This document shows, piece after piece, positions 1 through 9,820 of a stretch of DNA of 64,000 nucleotides (positions within the stretch are counted from its first letter, which is position 1; each line of letters begins with the position of its first letter). The DNA comes from an uncultured Actinomycetes bacterium (GTDB lineage: Bacteria; Actinomycetota; Thermoleophilia; UBA2241), in NCBI GenBank assembly GCA_963709345.1, contig CAVPVX010000007.1, positions 96,001 to 160,000 on the forward strand, in the 5' to 3' direction. Made by a program: the position numbers and the translations under genes. Under the pieces are notes generated by a model that worked only from the letters and a program-made list of their open reading frames with translations, did no database searches and was not told the DNA's origin.

Positions 1-1
1 C

Positions 2-436
2 CACGTACTGCTCCAGGCGATACAGGAAGTCCTCGACGTCGAAGAAGCGGCCCGTCACCTCCAGCGTCACCGCCTGGATGCCGAACGGGTTGCCCGCCTG
101 CGTCTCACCGCGGGTGATGCTCGTGATCCCCACGCCGGACTCCTCCGCCGTCTTCGTCAGCTCGATGATCAGCCCGGGCATGCCCTCGCTTTCGGGCAGC
201 ATCTTGCCGAGGCGGACGACCTCGGCGCGCGACTGCGGCGCGGTCTTCTTGTACGACTCGAGGCGCGCCTCCTCCTCGTTCGCCTGGCTGAGCGCGCTCT
301 GGGCCGACTGCACCTGCTGATCGAGGTCGCTGACCTTCTGCCGCACGGGATTGAAGAGCAGGAAGTACCACGCGACGATGAGTACGACGGCGACGATGCC
401 GGTGATGATGTAGATCTCCTTACCCCGGGCCTTCAT
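2..436 (-). CDS. pilO: Type IV pilus alignment protein PilO (3' end beyond window)
   Basis: Read manually: MKARGKEIYIITGIVAVVLIVAWYFLLFNP...GKMLP...VTLEVTGRFFDVEDFLYRLE. One TM helix plus coiled coil; ATGA overlap with the pilN stop. Confidence 0.85.
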   Translation of the reverse strand, partial: MKARGKEIYIITGIVAVVLIVAWYFLLFNPVRQKVSDLDQQVQSAQSALSQANEEEARLESYKKTAPQSRAEVVRLGKMLPESEGMPGLIIELTKTAEESGVGITSITRGETQAGNPFGIQAVTLEVTGRFFDVEDFLYRLEQYV

Positions 437-1110
437 TGTCCGGCCTCCGTCTGCAGGGTCGTCTTGGGCGGCTGCTGCATGTACGGGCGCAACTGAGCGG
501 TCACCGTGAACTGCTTGTAGGTGGCCGTCGGCGCCGTCGTCGCCGTGCCGGTCGCGGCGCCTGCCGCAGAGTCGGTCGACGAAATGAGCTGAATGCCCTT
601 GAGTTGCGGGATGAGGCCGAGCCGCGTCATGAACTCGGCCACGTCGCGGTGCTTCTCGGTCACACCGGTGAAGGTGACGTCGACGGTCGGCGCTCCGGCC
701 GGAGCGCCGGCCTCGGCGGTGGCCGCGCCAGGCAGCATCGCCGGCGGCACCGTAGCGGCCAGCGACTGCAGGCGCACGTTCTCGGGAATCACCAGGCTGA
801 GCTGCTGCAGGATGATCGAGAACGGGACGCTCGTCTGGTGGATGGCCTTGGCGACGTCGGTCATGGACGTGCGCTGGTTCTGAAGCTCCATGTACGGCCG
901 CAGTTCGGCGATCCTCGCCTGTACCGCCGCCGTCTGCGCGGTGATGCTGTCGAGCTCAGACTGCTTGGCGCCGGCGTCGCTGTTGTACTTGAAGTACACG
1001 GAACCCAGGACGACGACGACGAACACCAGGATCAGGATCGCGTAGATGAGGCCACGCTCTCGCGACGCCTTGATGCGGTCTTCCGGTGGCAGAAGGTTGA
1101 TGCGCTTCAT
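433..1110 (-). CDS. pilN: Type IV pilus protein PilN
   Basis: N-terminal INLLP motif, TM helix, coiled coil; lies between pilM and pilO. Confidence 0.9.
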   Translation of the reverse strand: MKRINLLPPEDRIKASRERGLIYAILILVFVVVVLGSVYFKYNSDAGAKQSELDSITAQTAAVQARIAELRPYMELQNQRTSMTDVAKAIHQTSVPFSIILQQLSLVIPENVRLQSLAATVPPAMLPGAATAEAGAPAGAPTVDVTFTGVTEKHRDVAEFMTRLGLIPQLKGIQLISSTDSAAGAATGTATTAPTATYKQFTVTAQLRPYMQQPPKTTLQTEAGQ

Positions 1111-1115
1111 CGTGC

Positions 1116-2219
1116 CTACCCCTCGTCGTCGATCGCCAGGCCGACCGCGATGGCCAGCCTGGGAGCGATGAGCTCGAGCTCCGCCTGCGGGATCTTCGAC
1201 TTGTTGTCGGCGATGAACTGAAGGGGGTTGCCCAGCGCCACGGGCAGATGCAGGGCGCTCCCCAGGTAGTCGGTCATGTTGCGCGTGAGTGCCCCCTCGC
1301 CGGTGACGAGGATGCGGGCGATCGGCGCGCTCTCCTGCAGAGAGTGGAAGTAGTCGACCGAGCGCCGGATCTCGTCGGCGAACGCCTCACAGCTCGCGTC
1401 CAGGACCTCGCGGACCTCGGACACGGTCACCGACTCGTAGTCTCCGGCGGCGGGGGCGCTGCCGCTCAGGCCGACGTTCAGGCGCAGCAGGTCGGCCTCC
1501 TGATGCTCGACGCCGCGATGGGTGATGAGCGACTGCACGAGCCCCTCGTACCCGAGATTGACGACGCGCGTGAAGAGCGGCACGCCGCCGGAAGCGACGA
1601 CGAGATTCGTGATGCCGGCGCCGATGTTGATCAGCGCGCTGGCTCCCTCCGCGTCGGGCGCGCCCTGGTCGACGAACGCCACCGGCGGCGCGACGGAACG
1701 CAGCAGCGCGAACGCCTGCAGGTCGATCCCGTCGGCCGTGAGACCCGCCTTCTTCGCCACATCCATGAACTGGGCGATCATGTCGCGCTGGGCGGCCACG
1801 ATGAGCACCTTCTGGCGGCCCGTACCTTCTTCGTCGCCGGGTGCGACAGAGAGAACCTGGAAGTCGAGGATCGCCTCGTCCAGCGGGATCGGGATCGACT
1901 CCTGAGCCTGGAACTCGATCGCCGACCGCAACTCCTTGGGATCGATGATCGGGAACTCCATCGTGCGCACGACGATCTTCTGGTTGGCGACGCCGAAGGA
2001 GAATCGCCGCCCGGCAAAACCGGCGGCCTTCCAGAACGTCTTGAGCTCCGCCGCCAAGCCGTCGACGTCGACGACCTCGCCCTCGAACATGAGGCCGTCG
2101 GGCAACGCACGCGCTGCGGCGGCCATCAGCGTGTGTCCCTGGCGACTGCTCTTGACCTGGGTACCGACCATGGAGGATTGCTCCACGTCGATGCCTACGC
2201 GCACCGCGTTCTTCGCCAT
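1116..2219 (-). CDS. pilM: Type IV pilus protein PilM (actin-like)
   Basis: VGID..., EFQAQESIPIPLDEAILDF, INIGAGITN, EIRRSVDYF, AIAVGLA motifs. Confidence 0.92.
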   Translation of the reverse strand: MAKNAVRVGIDVEQSSMVGTQVKSSRQGHTLMAAAARALPDGLMFEGEVVDVDGLAAELKTFWKAAGFAGRRFSFGVANQKIVVRTMEFPIIDPKELRSAIEFQAQESIPIPLDEAILDFQVLSVAPGDEEGTGRQKVLIVAAQRDMIAQFMDVAKKAGLTADGIDLQAFALLRSVAPPVAFVDQGAPDAEGASALINIGAGITNLVVASGGVPLFTRVVNLGYEGLVQSLITHRGVEHQEADLLRLNVGLSGSAPAAGDYESVTVSEVREVLDASCEAFADEIRRSVDYFHSLQESAPIARILVTGEGALTRNMTDYLGSALHLPVALGNPLQFIADNKSKIPQAELELIAPRLAIAVGLAIDDEG

Positions 2220-2252
2220 GCTCGCCTCTCCGCTTGCCTTACCCTAGCGCCT

Positions 2253-2280
2253 GTGTCGGCAGCCTCGACGGATACCTTTA
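2253..2280 (-). promoter_or_regulatory. Sigma28/WhiG-type promoter of pilMNO
   Basis: TAAA-N16-GCCGACAC, 34 nt upstream of the pilM start. Confidence 0.6.
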
Positions 2281-2402
2281 GGCGCTCACACATCCGAGCC
2301 GGCGCGATACCCCTGCCCCCCGGCCCCGGGACGCACACTCTCTCACATGGAAAGGGTGGCGTACAGAGCATTCGCGCCGCTGGCGCCTCATCCTTCATGC
2401 GA

Positions 2403-3563
2403 TCAGGATCCGACCTCGCGCAGCACCGGCGCGCAGGCGCCGGTCAGCGGGTTTGCCCGCCAGTCGGATGACACGACCACGTGCAGTGGCGCGTCCACCC
2501 TGAGACGCTCGCTGCACACGCTCCCTCGGACCCGCGCGGCACCGGCTACCACCAGCTCGCCGCACACCACGAGGGAGCCGGAGAGCGTCGTCTCGCCGGC
2601 GCCGTCACCCAGGATCGCGTCACCCTGCACGACCACGATCAGGCGCGCGGCGTCCGCCGGCCGGCTGCCGACGATGCGCACCTCGTCGAAGGGAGGCGTG
2701 ATGAGACACCATCCGTCCGCCTCTCCTGAGCCGCCTGCGGGCAGGTTCAGGCGATCGAGGCGCAGGGTCTCGCCGCTCAAAGCTGCTCCCATGGGCGCGG
2801 CGCGCTCGGCCGCAGCGGCCAGGAACGCGGCGGTCGGCCGCGCCACACAGGCCTCGCACCCCACGCCCGCGGTGTGCTCGTCGGTGTCGAACGGCCACTG
2901 GCGCTGCTCTGGGATCTCGTGGATCTCGACGCCGTGCCCGTAGATCCCGGCTACGGCGTGCACTGCGGCCTCCGGGTACAGCTCCCCGTGCACGAGGTCG
3001 GCCGGGACGCCGGCGGGCGTAGCCGGCCCGGCGCCCTGCGCGAAGCCGACGAGCTCACGACCGCGCAGGCTCCCCCCGACGTAGACGCCGCTGCCGGTGA
3101 CGACGAGCGGCGCGCTCACATCGGCGTCGCCGGCGCAGACCACCCCGGAGGCCCACGTCTCGGCGCGCAGTTCCAGCCCCGCCTCGACCACCCTTCTGGC
3201 CCGTCCGCTGCGCACCTCGACCCGAGCGCGCACTCGCGGCCAGACGTCACCGGCCACGGGCGGCGCGGGCGACCACTCCGCACTCCAGGACTCGGCGGAC
3301 GGCGATTCGCCGGCGGCCCCCCCAGGGCCACCGCCGGACGCCACGCCCGCCCTCGACGCCGGCGACCAGCGCAGTGCAGCGGCGACCTCGCCGAGCGCCT
3401 CGCCGGTCAGCGCGTCGGCGCGCCATGCCGCCGCATCGTTCGTCTCCACGGCGTGGACGGCGCCGACCGCGGCCACGACGACCAGAACGAAGGCGGCGGC
3501 CAGCACCATCACGACGAGCGCTGCCAGCATGGCGTATCCTTCCGAGCCCCGGGGCGAGATCAT
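2403..3563 (-). CDS. PilX-like minor pilin / pilus-associated protein
   Basis: Prepilin-like start RGSEG|YAMLAALVVMVL lacking Glu5, as in PilX/GspK; beta-rich C-terminal part; last of four overlapping pilin-like genes. Confidence 0.6.
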   Translation of the reverse strand: MISPRGSEGYAMLAALVVMVLAAAFVLVVVAAVGAVHAVETNDAAAWRADALTGEALGEVAAALRWSPASRAGVASGGGPGGAAGESPSAESWSAEWSPAPPVAGDVWPRVRARVEVRSGRARRVVEAGLELRAETWASGVVCAGDADVSAPLVVTGSGVYVGGSLRGRELVGFAQGAGPATPAGVPADLVHGELYPEAAVHAVAGIYGHGVEIHEIPEQRQWPFDTDEHTAGVGCEACVARPTAAFLAAAAERAAPMGAALSGETLRLDRLNLPAGGSGEADGWCLITPPFDEVRIVGSRPADAARLIVVVQGDAILGDGAGETTLSGSLVVCGELVVAGAARVRGSVCSERLRVDAPLHVVVSSDWRANPLTGACAPVLREVGS

Positions 3564-4120
3564 CCCGGACCCACCATGACGTCCGTCCTGCAGTCGGCGG
3601 ACTGCCCGCCGACCTCCACCGTCAGGGCGAACGACACGAGCCGCACATCGCCCCAGTCGGCCGTCTGCATCTCGCGCCCGCCCAGCACGCGGCCGTCGGC
3701 AGTCTCGTAGGCGACCGAGAACACCGTGACCCCGTCGCTCAGGTACGTGCCGGGCGCGTTGCGCCACAGGACGCGCCGGGAGGGATTCCACGCGATCACC
3801 ACGACCTCGGCCGCCCTGTCGAGGCGATCGTGCCTCAGTTCGAGAGTGAGTGACGGATCTCGCCCTGAAGAGGGCCGCGCCACCGCGGTGGCGCGGCGCA
3901 CATCGCGGGCCACGGCCCGCGCGGCCGCGACCGCGGCCGTCCGCGCCTGGGCGTCGGCGTCCGTGCGCGCCGCGACCGCGGCGATGTTCCACAGCCACGC
4001 CCAGGCACTCGCAAGCACGACCGCCGCGATCGCCGTGGCCACAAGCAGTTCGATGAGCGTGACACCTCGCGATTCGCGGAGCGCCCGCCGTGACACCGCT
4101 GACCGGCGGCCGGAGATCAT
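3560..4120 (-). CDS. Minor pilin (PilW/GspJ-like)
   Basis: Class III signal RG|VTLIELLVATAIAAVVL. Confidence 0.75.
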   Translation of the reverse strand: MISGRRSAVSRRALRESRGVTLIELLVATAIAAVVLASAWAWLWNIAAVAARTDADAQARTAAVAAARAVARDVRRATAVARPSSGRDPSLTLELRHDRLDRAAEVVVIAWNPSRRVLWRNAPGTYLSDGVTVFSVAYETADGRVLGGREMQTADWGDVRLVSFALTVEVGGQSADCRTDVMVGPG

Positions 4121-4749
4121 GCGCCGCCTCCATCCGCACCGCCGGCCGTGTGCGCTGGAGGCAGCGACCCGACCCTGATGCAGCAGTCGCGCCGAACACC
4201 CTCGCGAGTGGCGCTCACCCGCAGCTCGAGGGCTCCGGCCGGCGGCGGCACAGCACACCACACCGCCCAGCCGATGACCGCGCCCGCTCCCAGGGGCTCC
4301 GCGCCGCCGGCAGCCAGGAACCGCGCCACCGTCGTCAACGTGACGCCATCGACTTCCCGAACGGTGACGAAGGACCCGGGGGGAGCCTCGCCCGCGCCCG
4401 GACCCGCCACGAACCGGGCGGACTCGGTGTTGTGCACCGTCGCGGCGTGTGGGAACACCGCGCCGACCGCATCGGACGCTTCACGCTCCCCGGGGTACTC
4501 GTCCTCGGTCATGGCCGGGTACGCCGGCGCGCAGTAGGGCAGCGCGCGAAACCTCTCGACCTCGCGGCTCAGGGCGCGGTCGACAGCCATGGTTCGACTC
4601 AGCCTCGAGCCGGCAGCCGAAGCGTTCACGACGGTCGCCGTCACCACGGTGACCGTGAGCAGCAGGAGGGCGGCCGCGACGACGACCTCGAACAGCGAGA
4701 ACGCAGACTCACGCAAGGCACGCGATGGGCGGCGCACCGTCACGGGCAC
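4117..4749 (-). CDS. Minor pilin (PilV/GspI-like)
   Basis: Class III signal SA|FSLFEVVVAAALLLL. Confidence 0.7.
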   Translation of the reverse strand: MPVTVRRPSRALRESAFSLFEVVVAAALLLLTVTVVTATVVNASAAGSRLSRTMAVDRALSREVERFRALPYCAPAYPAMTEDEYPGEREASDAVGAVFPHAATVHNTESARFVAGPGAGEAPPGSFVTVREVDGVTLTTVARFLAAGGAEPLGAGAVIGWAVWCAVPPPAGALELRVSATREGVRRDCCIRVGSLPPAHTAGGADGGGA

Positions 4750-5177
4750 CGCACACAGCCGGACAGCTGGATCACGACGTCACGCGAGTGCATGCCGCCG
4801 CTCACGGTGAAGCGGCCGGCGCGAGGGCTCGACGAGCCCGGCACTCGCGCCCACCCCCACTCCGTGAACTCGAGGGTGTCGCCCGGGTAGTTGCTGGTGA
4901 CGGACGCGCAGAGACTACCGCTCACCGCGGTCGCCCCGTCCGAACCGGTCACGGTGTAGTCGCCGTCGGGCTCGACGGCGATGCGCACCGAGCCGGCACG
5001 CGCCTGCGCCTCGGCCTGCGCGGCGCGCAGCACCAGCGCAAGCTTGCGCGCGCCCTGCCCGCCGGCGACCGAAGCCCGCACCCGCGAGGCGCTCGGCACC
5101 GCGATCGCCGCAAGGACTGCGACCACGGCGAGGACGGTGAGCACCTCGAACAGCGTCGTACCGCCTTCACGCCGCAC
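4740..5177 (-). CDS. Minor pilin (FimT/GspH-like)
   Basis: GG|TTLFEVLTVLAVVAVLAAIAVP; LRAAQAEA helix; GGAGG RBS upstream. Confidence 0.75.
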   Translation of the reverse strand: MRREGGTTLFEVLTVLAVVAVLAAIAVPSASRVRASVAGGQGARKLALVLRAAQAEAQARAGSVRIAVEPDGDYTVTGSDGATAVSGSLCASVTSNYPGDTLEFTEWGWARVPGSSSPRAGRFTVSGGMHSRDVVIQLSGCVRCP

Positions 5178-5332
5178 TGATCACCTCCGGGCCGTTGCCT
5201 GTGCGCCCCGCCGGCGGGACAAGGCCGCTGCCGGCGGGGCAGGTGCCACGCTACGCTGTGGGGAGCGCTTGGGGGAGGATGACGAACCGCCGGCTGGGAT
5301 GACGTTGGCGAGATGCCGCCGAGCGCGGTGGG

Positions 5333-6106
5333 TCAGCGGCCGAGCGCCAGCCCGAGATAGGCGTCGATCAGCGCGTTGCCGGCGAAGAGGGCGACCACGG
5401 CCCCAGCAGCGAGGAACGGGCCGAAGGGGATCGCCGTCTTGCCGTCGCCCTTGCTCGCGGCGACCACCACGACACCGATGACGGCGCCGCTGAGGAAGCC
5501 GATGAAGAGCGCCGGCACGACCGCCGCGCCGAGGTAGATGCCCATGCACAGGGCGAGCTTGACGTCGCCGAACCCCATCCCCTCCAGGTGACGCACCCTG
5601 AAGTACACCTCGCTGATGAGGAAGAGGAAGGCGGCCGCCCCGAGGCCGGCGACCGGCCACTGCCACCACGCGCCGTCGCCGAGGACGATCATCAGCGGCA
5701 GGCCGACCGCGGCCACCGGCAGGATGACGATGTCGGGGATGATCCTGATCTCGAGGTCGACCTGGCTGATCAGCACCAGCGCCGAGACGAAGAGCAGGTG
5801 TGGGACGAGCAGCCACGAGAGACCATCCATGAGCGCGACACCCACGAAGAGCGCGGCCGTGAGAGCCTCTCCCGCGGGGTAGCGCCAGGAGATCGGCGCC
5901 CCGCAGTCCCGGCAGCGGCCGCGCAGCAGCAGCCAGCTCACGACCGGGATGTTGTCGTAGGCGCGGATCTGATGGCCGCAGTGCGGACAGTGCGAGCGGC
6001 CCTCCCGGATGCTCTCGTCGTGCGCCAGCCGGTACGCCCAGGCGTTGATGAAGCTGCCGATGATGAGGCCGTAGACGAGCGCGATGATGACGAGCAGCAC
6101 GGTCAT
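5333..6106 (-). CDS. pilD: Prepilin peptidase / N-methyltransferase
   Basis: GSFIN, RSHCPHC and CRDC zinc motifs, GMGFGDVKL, IPFGPFL. Confidence 0.95.
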   Translation of the reverse strand: MTVLLVIIALVYGLIIGSFINAWAYRLAHDESIREGRSHCPHCGHQIRAYDNIPVVSWLLLRGRCRDCGAPISWRYPAGEALTAALFVGVALMDGLSWLLVPHLLFVSALVLISQVDLEIRIIPDIVILPVAAVGLPLMIVLGDGAWWQWPVAGLGAAAFLFLISEVYFRVRHLEGMGFGDVKLALCMGIYLGAAVVPALFIGFLSGAVIGVVVVAASKGDGKTAIPFGPFLAAGAVVALFAGNALIDAYLGLALGR

Positions 6107-6113
6107 GGCAGCC

Positions 6114-6554
6114 TCACGGCACGACGAAGTCGGCCTGGTCCTTGAGGAAGACCGTCAGACGATACGGCCGCGGCTGCGGGCCGGCCGTCTCCCGCGTGTA
6201 CGTGTAGTCGCCGAGCGAGCGCGCGGCGACCGTCCGCATGAGAGCCCCGTCGGAGAACGGGTTCTTCGGCCACTGGTCGGCATCCAGGTACATCGAGAGC
6301 GTGGCCGGGTCGCAGTGGCCGGGCCACGGGTCGTCGGCGTCCGACTCCGTCACGTAGCTGAGCAGCGCGATGGCGATGTGCCGGGCGCCGGAGCGCGCGG
6401 CCGCGTTCTTGGCACGCTCGCGCTGGCCCAGGTACATCGGGATCGCGATCGCTGCAAGGATGCCGATGATGACGATCACGAGAAGGACTTCGATCAGGCT
6501 GAAGCCGGCAGATGCTCCGCCCGGCCGGCCCCTTCGCACCCTGGCCATGCTCAT
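6114..6554 (-). CDS. Type IV pilin, paralog of the major pilin
   Basis: AG|[22 protein letters not shown]; shares WPxNPF, GxxTY and FVV motifs with pilA at 9070-9458. Confidence 0.85.
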   Translation of the reverse strand: MSMARVRRGRPGGASAGFSLIEVLLVIVIIGILAAIAIPMYLGQRERAKNAAARSGARHIAIALLSYVTESDADDPWPGHCDPATLSMYLDADQWPKNPFSDGALMRTVAARSLGDYTYTRETAGPQPRPYRLTVFLKDQADFVVP

Positions 6555-7311
6555 CACTCGACGTAGTCCTTGAACAGCTCGGCGATGAGCGCGTCGAAGT
6601 CGGCCTTGGGCATGGTGTCGTAGAGCGGCGCCACGGCCTTCATGCGCGCCTCCTTCTCCTTCGGCAGGATGCGCTCCAGGCCGTCGACCGCCTTCTGGCG
6701 CGCGTACTTGTCGCCGGCGAGGTACGCCTGACCCCACATGAGGATCGCCTTCTCGTCGTCGCCGCCCTTGGAGAGCAGAGCGGCGGCGAGCCGCGGCAGG
6801 TACGCGGGACTGCCGGGGATCGCCGCCGCCTTCTCGTACCACTGCGCGGCCGCCAGATCGTTCTTGCTCCTTGCTGCCTGCGCCGTATTGATACGCGAAG
6901 AAGCCGAGATAGGCAGGGAAGCGCCACTCGTCCGGGTTCGCCTCTGAAGCCCCTCTCGAGCAGATTCGTACGCCGACGTCAGGGCGACCCGCGTCGACCA
7001 GCGCGAAGGCGCCAAAGCAGGTAGGCCCGCAGGAAGTGCGGACTGAGCGTCGTCACCAGGTCGACCATCTGCGGCAGGGAGTCGAGCTGTCCGTCACCCT
7101 CGAGGTGCTCGCCGTAGTACTGGACCATGCTCAGGTAGTAGACGTCGGCGATCGAGGTGCGAAAGCTGGGCGAGAAGTCCTCGAAGAACTGCGGCGACGG
7201 CACGAACACCCGCGGGTCGGCCGGCGCCCGGTCCGGCCGCGTCACCTGGTACGCGACGACCACGCCGGCGCAGGCCAGCACGACGAGCGTCGCGACCACG
7301 CGCCGCAGCAC
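6554..7311 (-). CDS. PilG/Xap-like TPR-type accessory protein of the pilus ABC module (frameshifted in this sequence)
   Basis: Joining frames gives TM...ADVYYLSMVQYYG...VTTLSPHFLRAY...ERGF..NPDEWRFPAYLGFFAY...AAQWYEKAA. Several indels at ~6860-7020. Confidence 0.6.
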
Positions 7312-7312
7312 G

Positions 7313-8078
7313 TCAGAACTCCTTGCGGCGGAACACGAGGGCGGCGAGCGCCAGCACTACGACGACGTAGGCGAACAGGTAGCCGCTCCACAGGGCGATC
7401 TCGCCCCACGCCAGCGTGTCCTCGCCGACCACTCCGGCCTTGACGTCCACGGCCGAGAAGTTCGGGATGATCACGTAGACGACCCACGAGAGCGCCTCGG
7501 TGACCACGTTCTTGCCGAGGCGCGTCAGCGCCAGCACGTTGTGGCTGAGCTGCCCGGCCACGAAGACGCAGATGCCGAGCACGCTGGCGAGGATCGCCGA
7601 GCCCATCGTCGAGAAGAAGATGGTCACCGCCATCACGGCCAGCAGTTGCACGTAGATCATGAGCACGGCGACGAGGAGCATGCCGGACGCGTCGCCGGCC
7701 ACCGCCCACACGAGCAGGAAGAGGAAGACGCCCATGCCCGCCAGCACCACGGCCATGGTCGCGCACAGGCCGAGGAACTTGCCGGTGATGAAGGCGCCGC
7801 GGCTCACCGGCTTGGAGAACAGCACGAACACGGTGCGCTTCTCGACCTCCTTGTGCACCAGCCCGGCGGCCACGAACACGGCGACGATGAGCCCGAAGAA
7901 GGTGACCGCGACGAGCCCGAAGTCCTTCATCATGCGCCCCTGCTCGCCGAGGCTGATGCTGCCGAGCCACAGCCCACCGACGATCATGATGAGCGCGAAG
8001 ACGACGATGACCGCCAGCACGCGGTCGCGGATCGTCTCCTTGAAGGTGTTGACGGCGATGGCGGCCGACCTGCTTCAC
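7313..8078 (-). CDS. ABC-2 type permease (PilI-like)
   Basis: IAVNTFKETIRDR, KEVEKRTVFVLFSKPVSR..FITGKFLG, FRRKEF; one extra base near 8066. Confidence 0.85.
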
Positions 8079-8859
8079 GCCGTCACCACCTTCATGAAGA
8101 AGTCCTCGAGCGTGGGCGCCTCCTCGAGCGCCTCATCCACGCTCCCGTGCCACACGACGCGCCCCTCGCGCATGATCGCGATCGTGCGAGCAGAGCTCGT
8201 GCACGTCGCTGAGGATGTGCGAGTTGAAGAGCACGGTCTTGCCGCGCTCGTGCAGGCTCTCGATGATGCGCTTGACCTCGACGCGCCCGACCGGGTCGAG
8301 CCCCGTCATGGGCTCGTCGAGCAGCACGAGCTCGGGGTCGTTGACGAGCGCCTGGGCGATGCCGATGCGCTGCAGCATGCCCTTGGAGTACTTGCGCAGA
8401 TGCGTATCCGCAGCCGCCTCGAGGCCCACGTCGGCGAGCAGGCCGTCCACCCGCTCCCGGCGCGCGCCCGCCTCGAGGCCGAAGAGCCGGCCGCAGAAGC
8501 CGAGGAACTCGCGCCCGGAGAGGTAGTCGTAGAAGTACGGGTTCTCGGGCAGGTAGCCGACGTGCGCGAGGCCCTCCGACGCCCAGATCCACCGTGCCCG
8601 ACGTGGGCCGCATCAGCCCGAGGGCGACCTTGACGGTGGTCGTCTTGCCGGCGCCGTTGGGCCCGAGGAGGCCGAACACGGCGCCGTGGTCCACCTGCAG
8701 ATCGACGCCCCTCAGGATCTCGACGGCGCGTCGCCGGAACCCCACGTGGACGGTCTTGCGCAGACCGCTGATCGAGCACGGCCGGACCTGACCCTGCGCG
8801 CCCGTCGCCGCGCCCGACTCGATCGCCTGACCGTCCTGCGTCGTCACTCTCGCAGCCAC
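8075..8859 (-). CDS. ABC transporter ATPase (PilH-like), frameshifted in this sequence
   Basis: Walker [18 protein letters not shown] signature, LLDEP, SHIL; indels near 8590 and 8190. Confidence 0.85.
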
Positions 8860-9005
8860 CTCTCGCGTCCATCGTCACGTACGGCACTGCCCCGGGTCTG
8901 CCGCCGGAGCCGCCGGGCGCCGCAGCCTCTGGGCGCCCGGTGCGTCCGGATGTTCGCCACGGACCGCGCGCAGTCCTGCGCGTGGACTGCGGACGAAGGA
9001 ACGCA

Positions 9006-9035
9006 GAAGGGCGGGGCCTCGCGGCCCCGCCCCTT
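9006..9035 (-). terminator. Stem-loop downstream of pilA
   Basis: Perfect 13-bp inverted repeat GAAGGGCGGGGCC-N4-GGCCCCGCCCTTC. Confidence 0.7.
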
Positions 9036-9069
9036 CACACGCAGCTTCTTGCCTGCTAGCGATCAGGAC

Positions 9070-9458
9070 TCAGCGAACGACGAAGTTGCCCGCCGTCAGT
9101 CACCCCAAGGAGGGTGTAGTCAGTCCCAGCGGCAGACACGTACGTGAAGTTGCCCAGCGTACCCGCGTTCGCCATGGCGCCGCCGGTGAACGGGTTGTCC
9201 GGCCACGGGTCGAGCTCAGCGAGTGACCGCGGCGACCATGGCGGCCGTCAGTCGGATAGACGTCGTTGTTGTCGACGGCGAGCTCTGGACGCCGATCTGG
9301 ATGGCGTGGACGCCTTCCTTGACGCCGGCGTCCTTGGCCTTCTCACGCTGGTTGAGGAACATCGGGATCGCGATCGCGGCGAGGATGCCGATGATGATGA
9401 TCACGATCAGCAGCTCGATGAGGGTGAAACCCTTCTGGCTCTTGCGGAACCTCTTCAT
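9070..9458 (-). CDS. pilA: Major type IV pilin (frameshifted in this sequence)
   Basis: [10 protein letters not shown]|[33 protein letters not shown]; RBS GAGGAG; C-terminal [22 protein letters not shown]...GNFVVR recovered across indels. Own promoter and terminator suggest the major subunit. Confidence 0.85.
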
Positions 9459-9552
9459 GTCTTGGTCTCCTCTCGGTACGACTTCTCTGACGTTGACTCT
9501 GGCCTGGTGCTCCACCGCGGGGCCTGGTCCTCCTGCTCCCGCGGCGCCCCAC

Positions 9553-9594
9553 AAAAAGAGCCTGTGGGCTCCGGAACTCCGGGCACCACAGGCT
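9553..9594 (-). terminator. Intrinsic terminator in the riboswitch expression platform
   Basis: AGCCTGTGG...CCACAGGCT stem followed by CTTTTTG, between the aptamer and pilA. Confidence 0.8.
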
Positions 9595-9612
9595 GCGAGG
9601 TGTGAAACTCAG

Positions 9613-9688
9613 TGGCGGTAGCCCAGCCGACTCGGGGAGTCCTGTGGCTTTGCGCCCCACCTTCGCAAGTGGTTTGCCCTTTGCGCCT
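9613..9688 (-). promoter_or_regulatory. c-di-GMP-I (GEMM) riboswitch aptamer
   Basis: GGCGCAAAGGGCAAACCACTT-GCGA-AGGTGGGGCGCAAAGCCACAGG...GGCTGGGCTACCGCC matches the class I consensus (GGCAAACC, GNRA loop, GCAAAGCC, ACCG). Confidence 0.92.
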
Positions 9689-9728
9689 TCCCTCCTATAG
9701 TGCCTCCTCGCCGGTTTCCTAGACACAT

Positions 9729-9755
9729 ACTTCGGCAGTTCGCCGCAACTCTTTA
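9729..9755 (-). promoter_or_regulatory. Sigma28/WhiG-type promoter of riboswitch-pilA
   Basis: TAAA-N15-GCCGAAGT. Confidence 0.7.
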
Positions 9756-9820
9756 CTGTTCTGACAACACTCTGCCCCACGCGGTGCGCCGCGGACTAGG
9801 ACGAACGTCTAGGGAGCGTC

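Noticed and set aside
2238-2265. SigB/F-type promoter (GGGTAA) before pilM
   Set aside because: No adequate GTTT -35 element; a single weak match.
9070-9458. Short conductive e-pilin, suggested by the 112-aa ORF and the Geobacter-like operon
   Set aside because: The short ORF arises from indels; the restored pilin is ~125-130 aa with a globular domain like its paralog.
9613-9688. Possible 3'3'-cGAMP (GEMM-Ib) riboswitch variant, since the GCGA loop and P3 resemble Geobacter examples
   Set aside because: The discriminating position is G (GGGCAAACC), not A.
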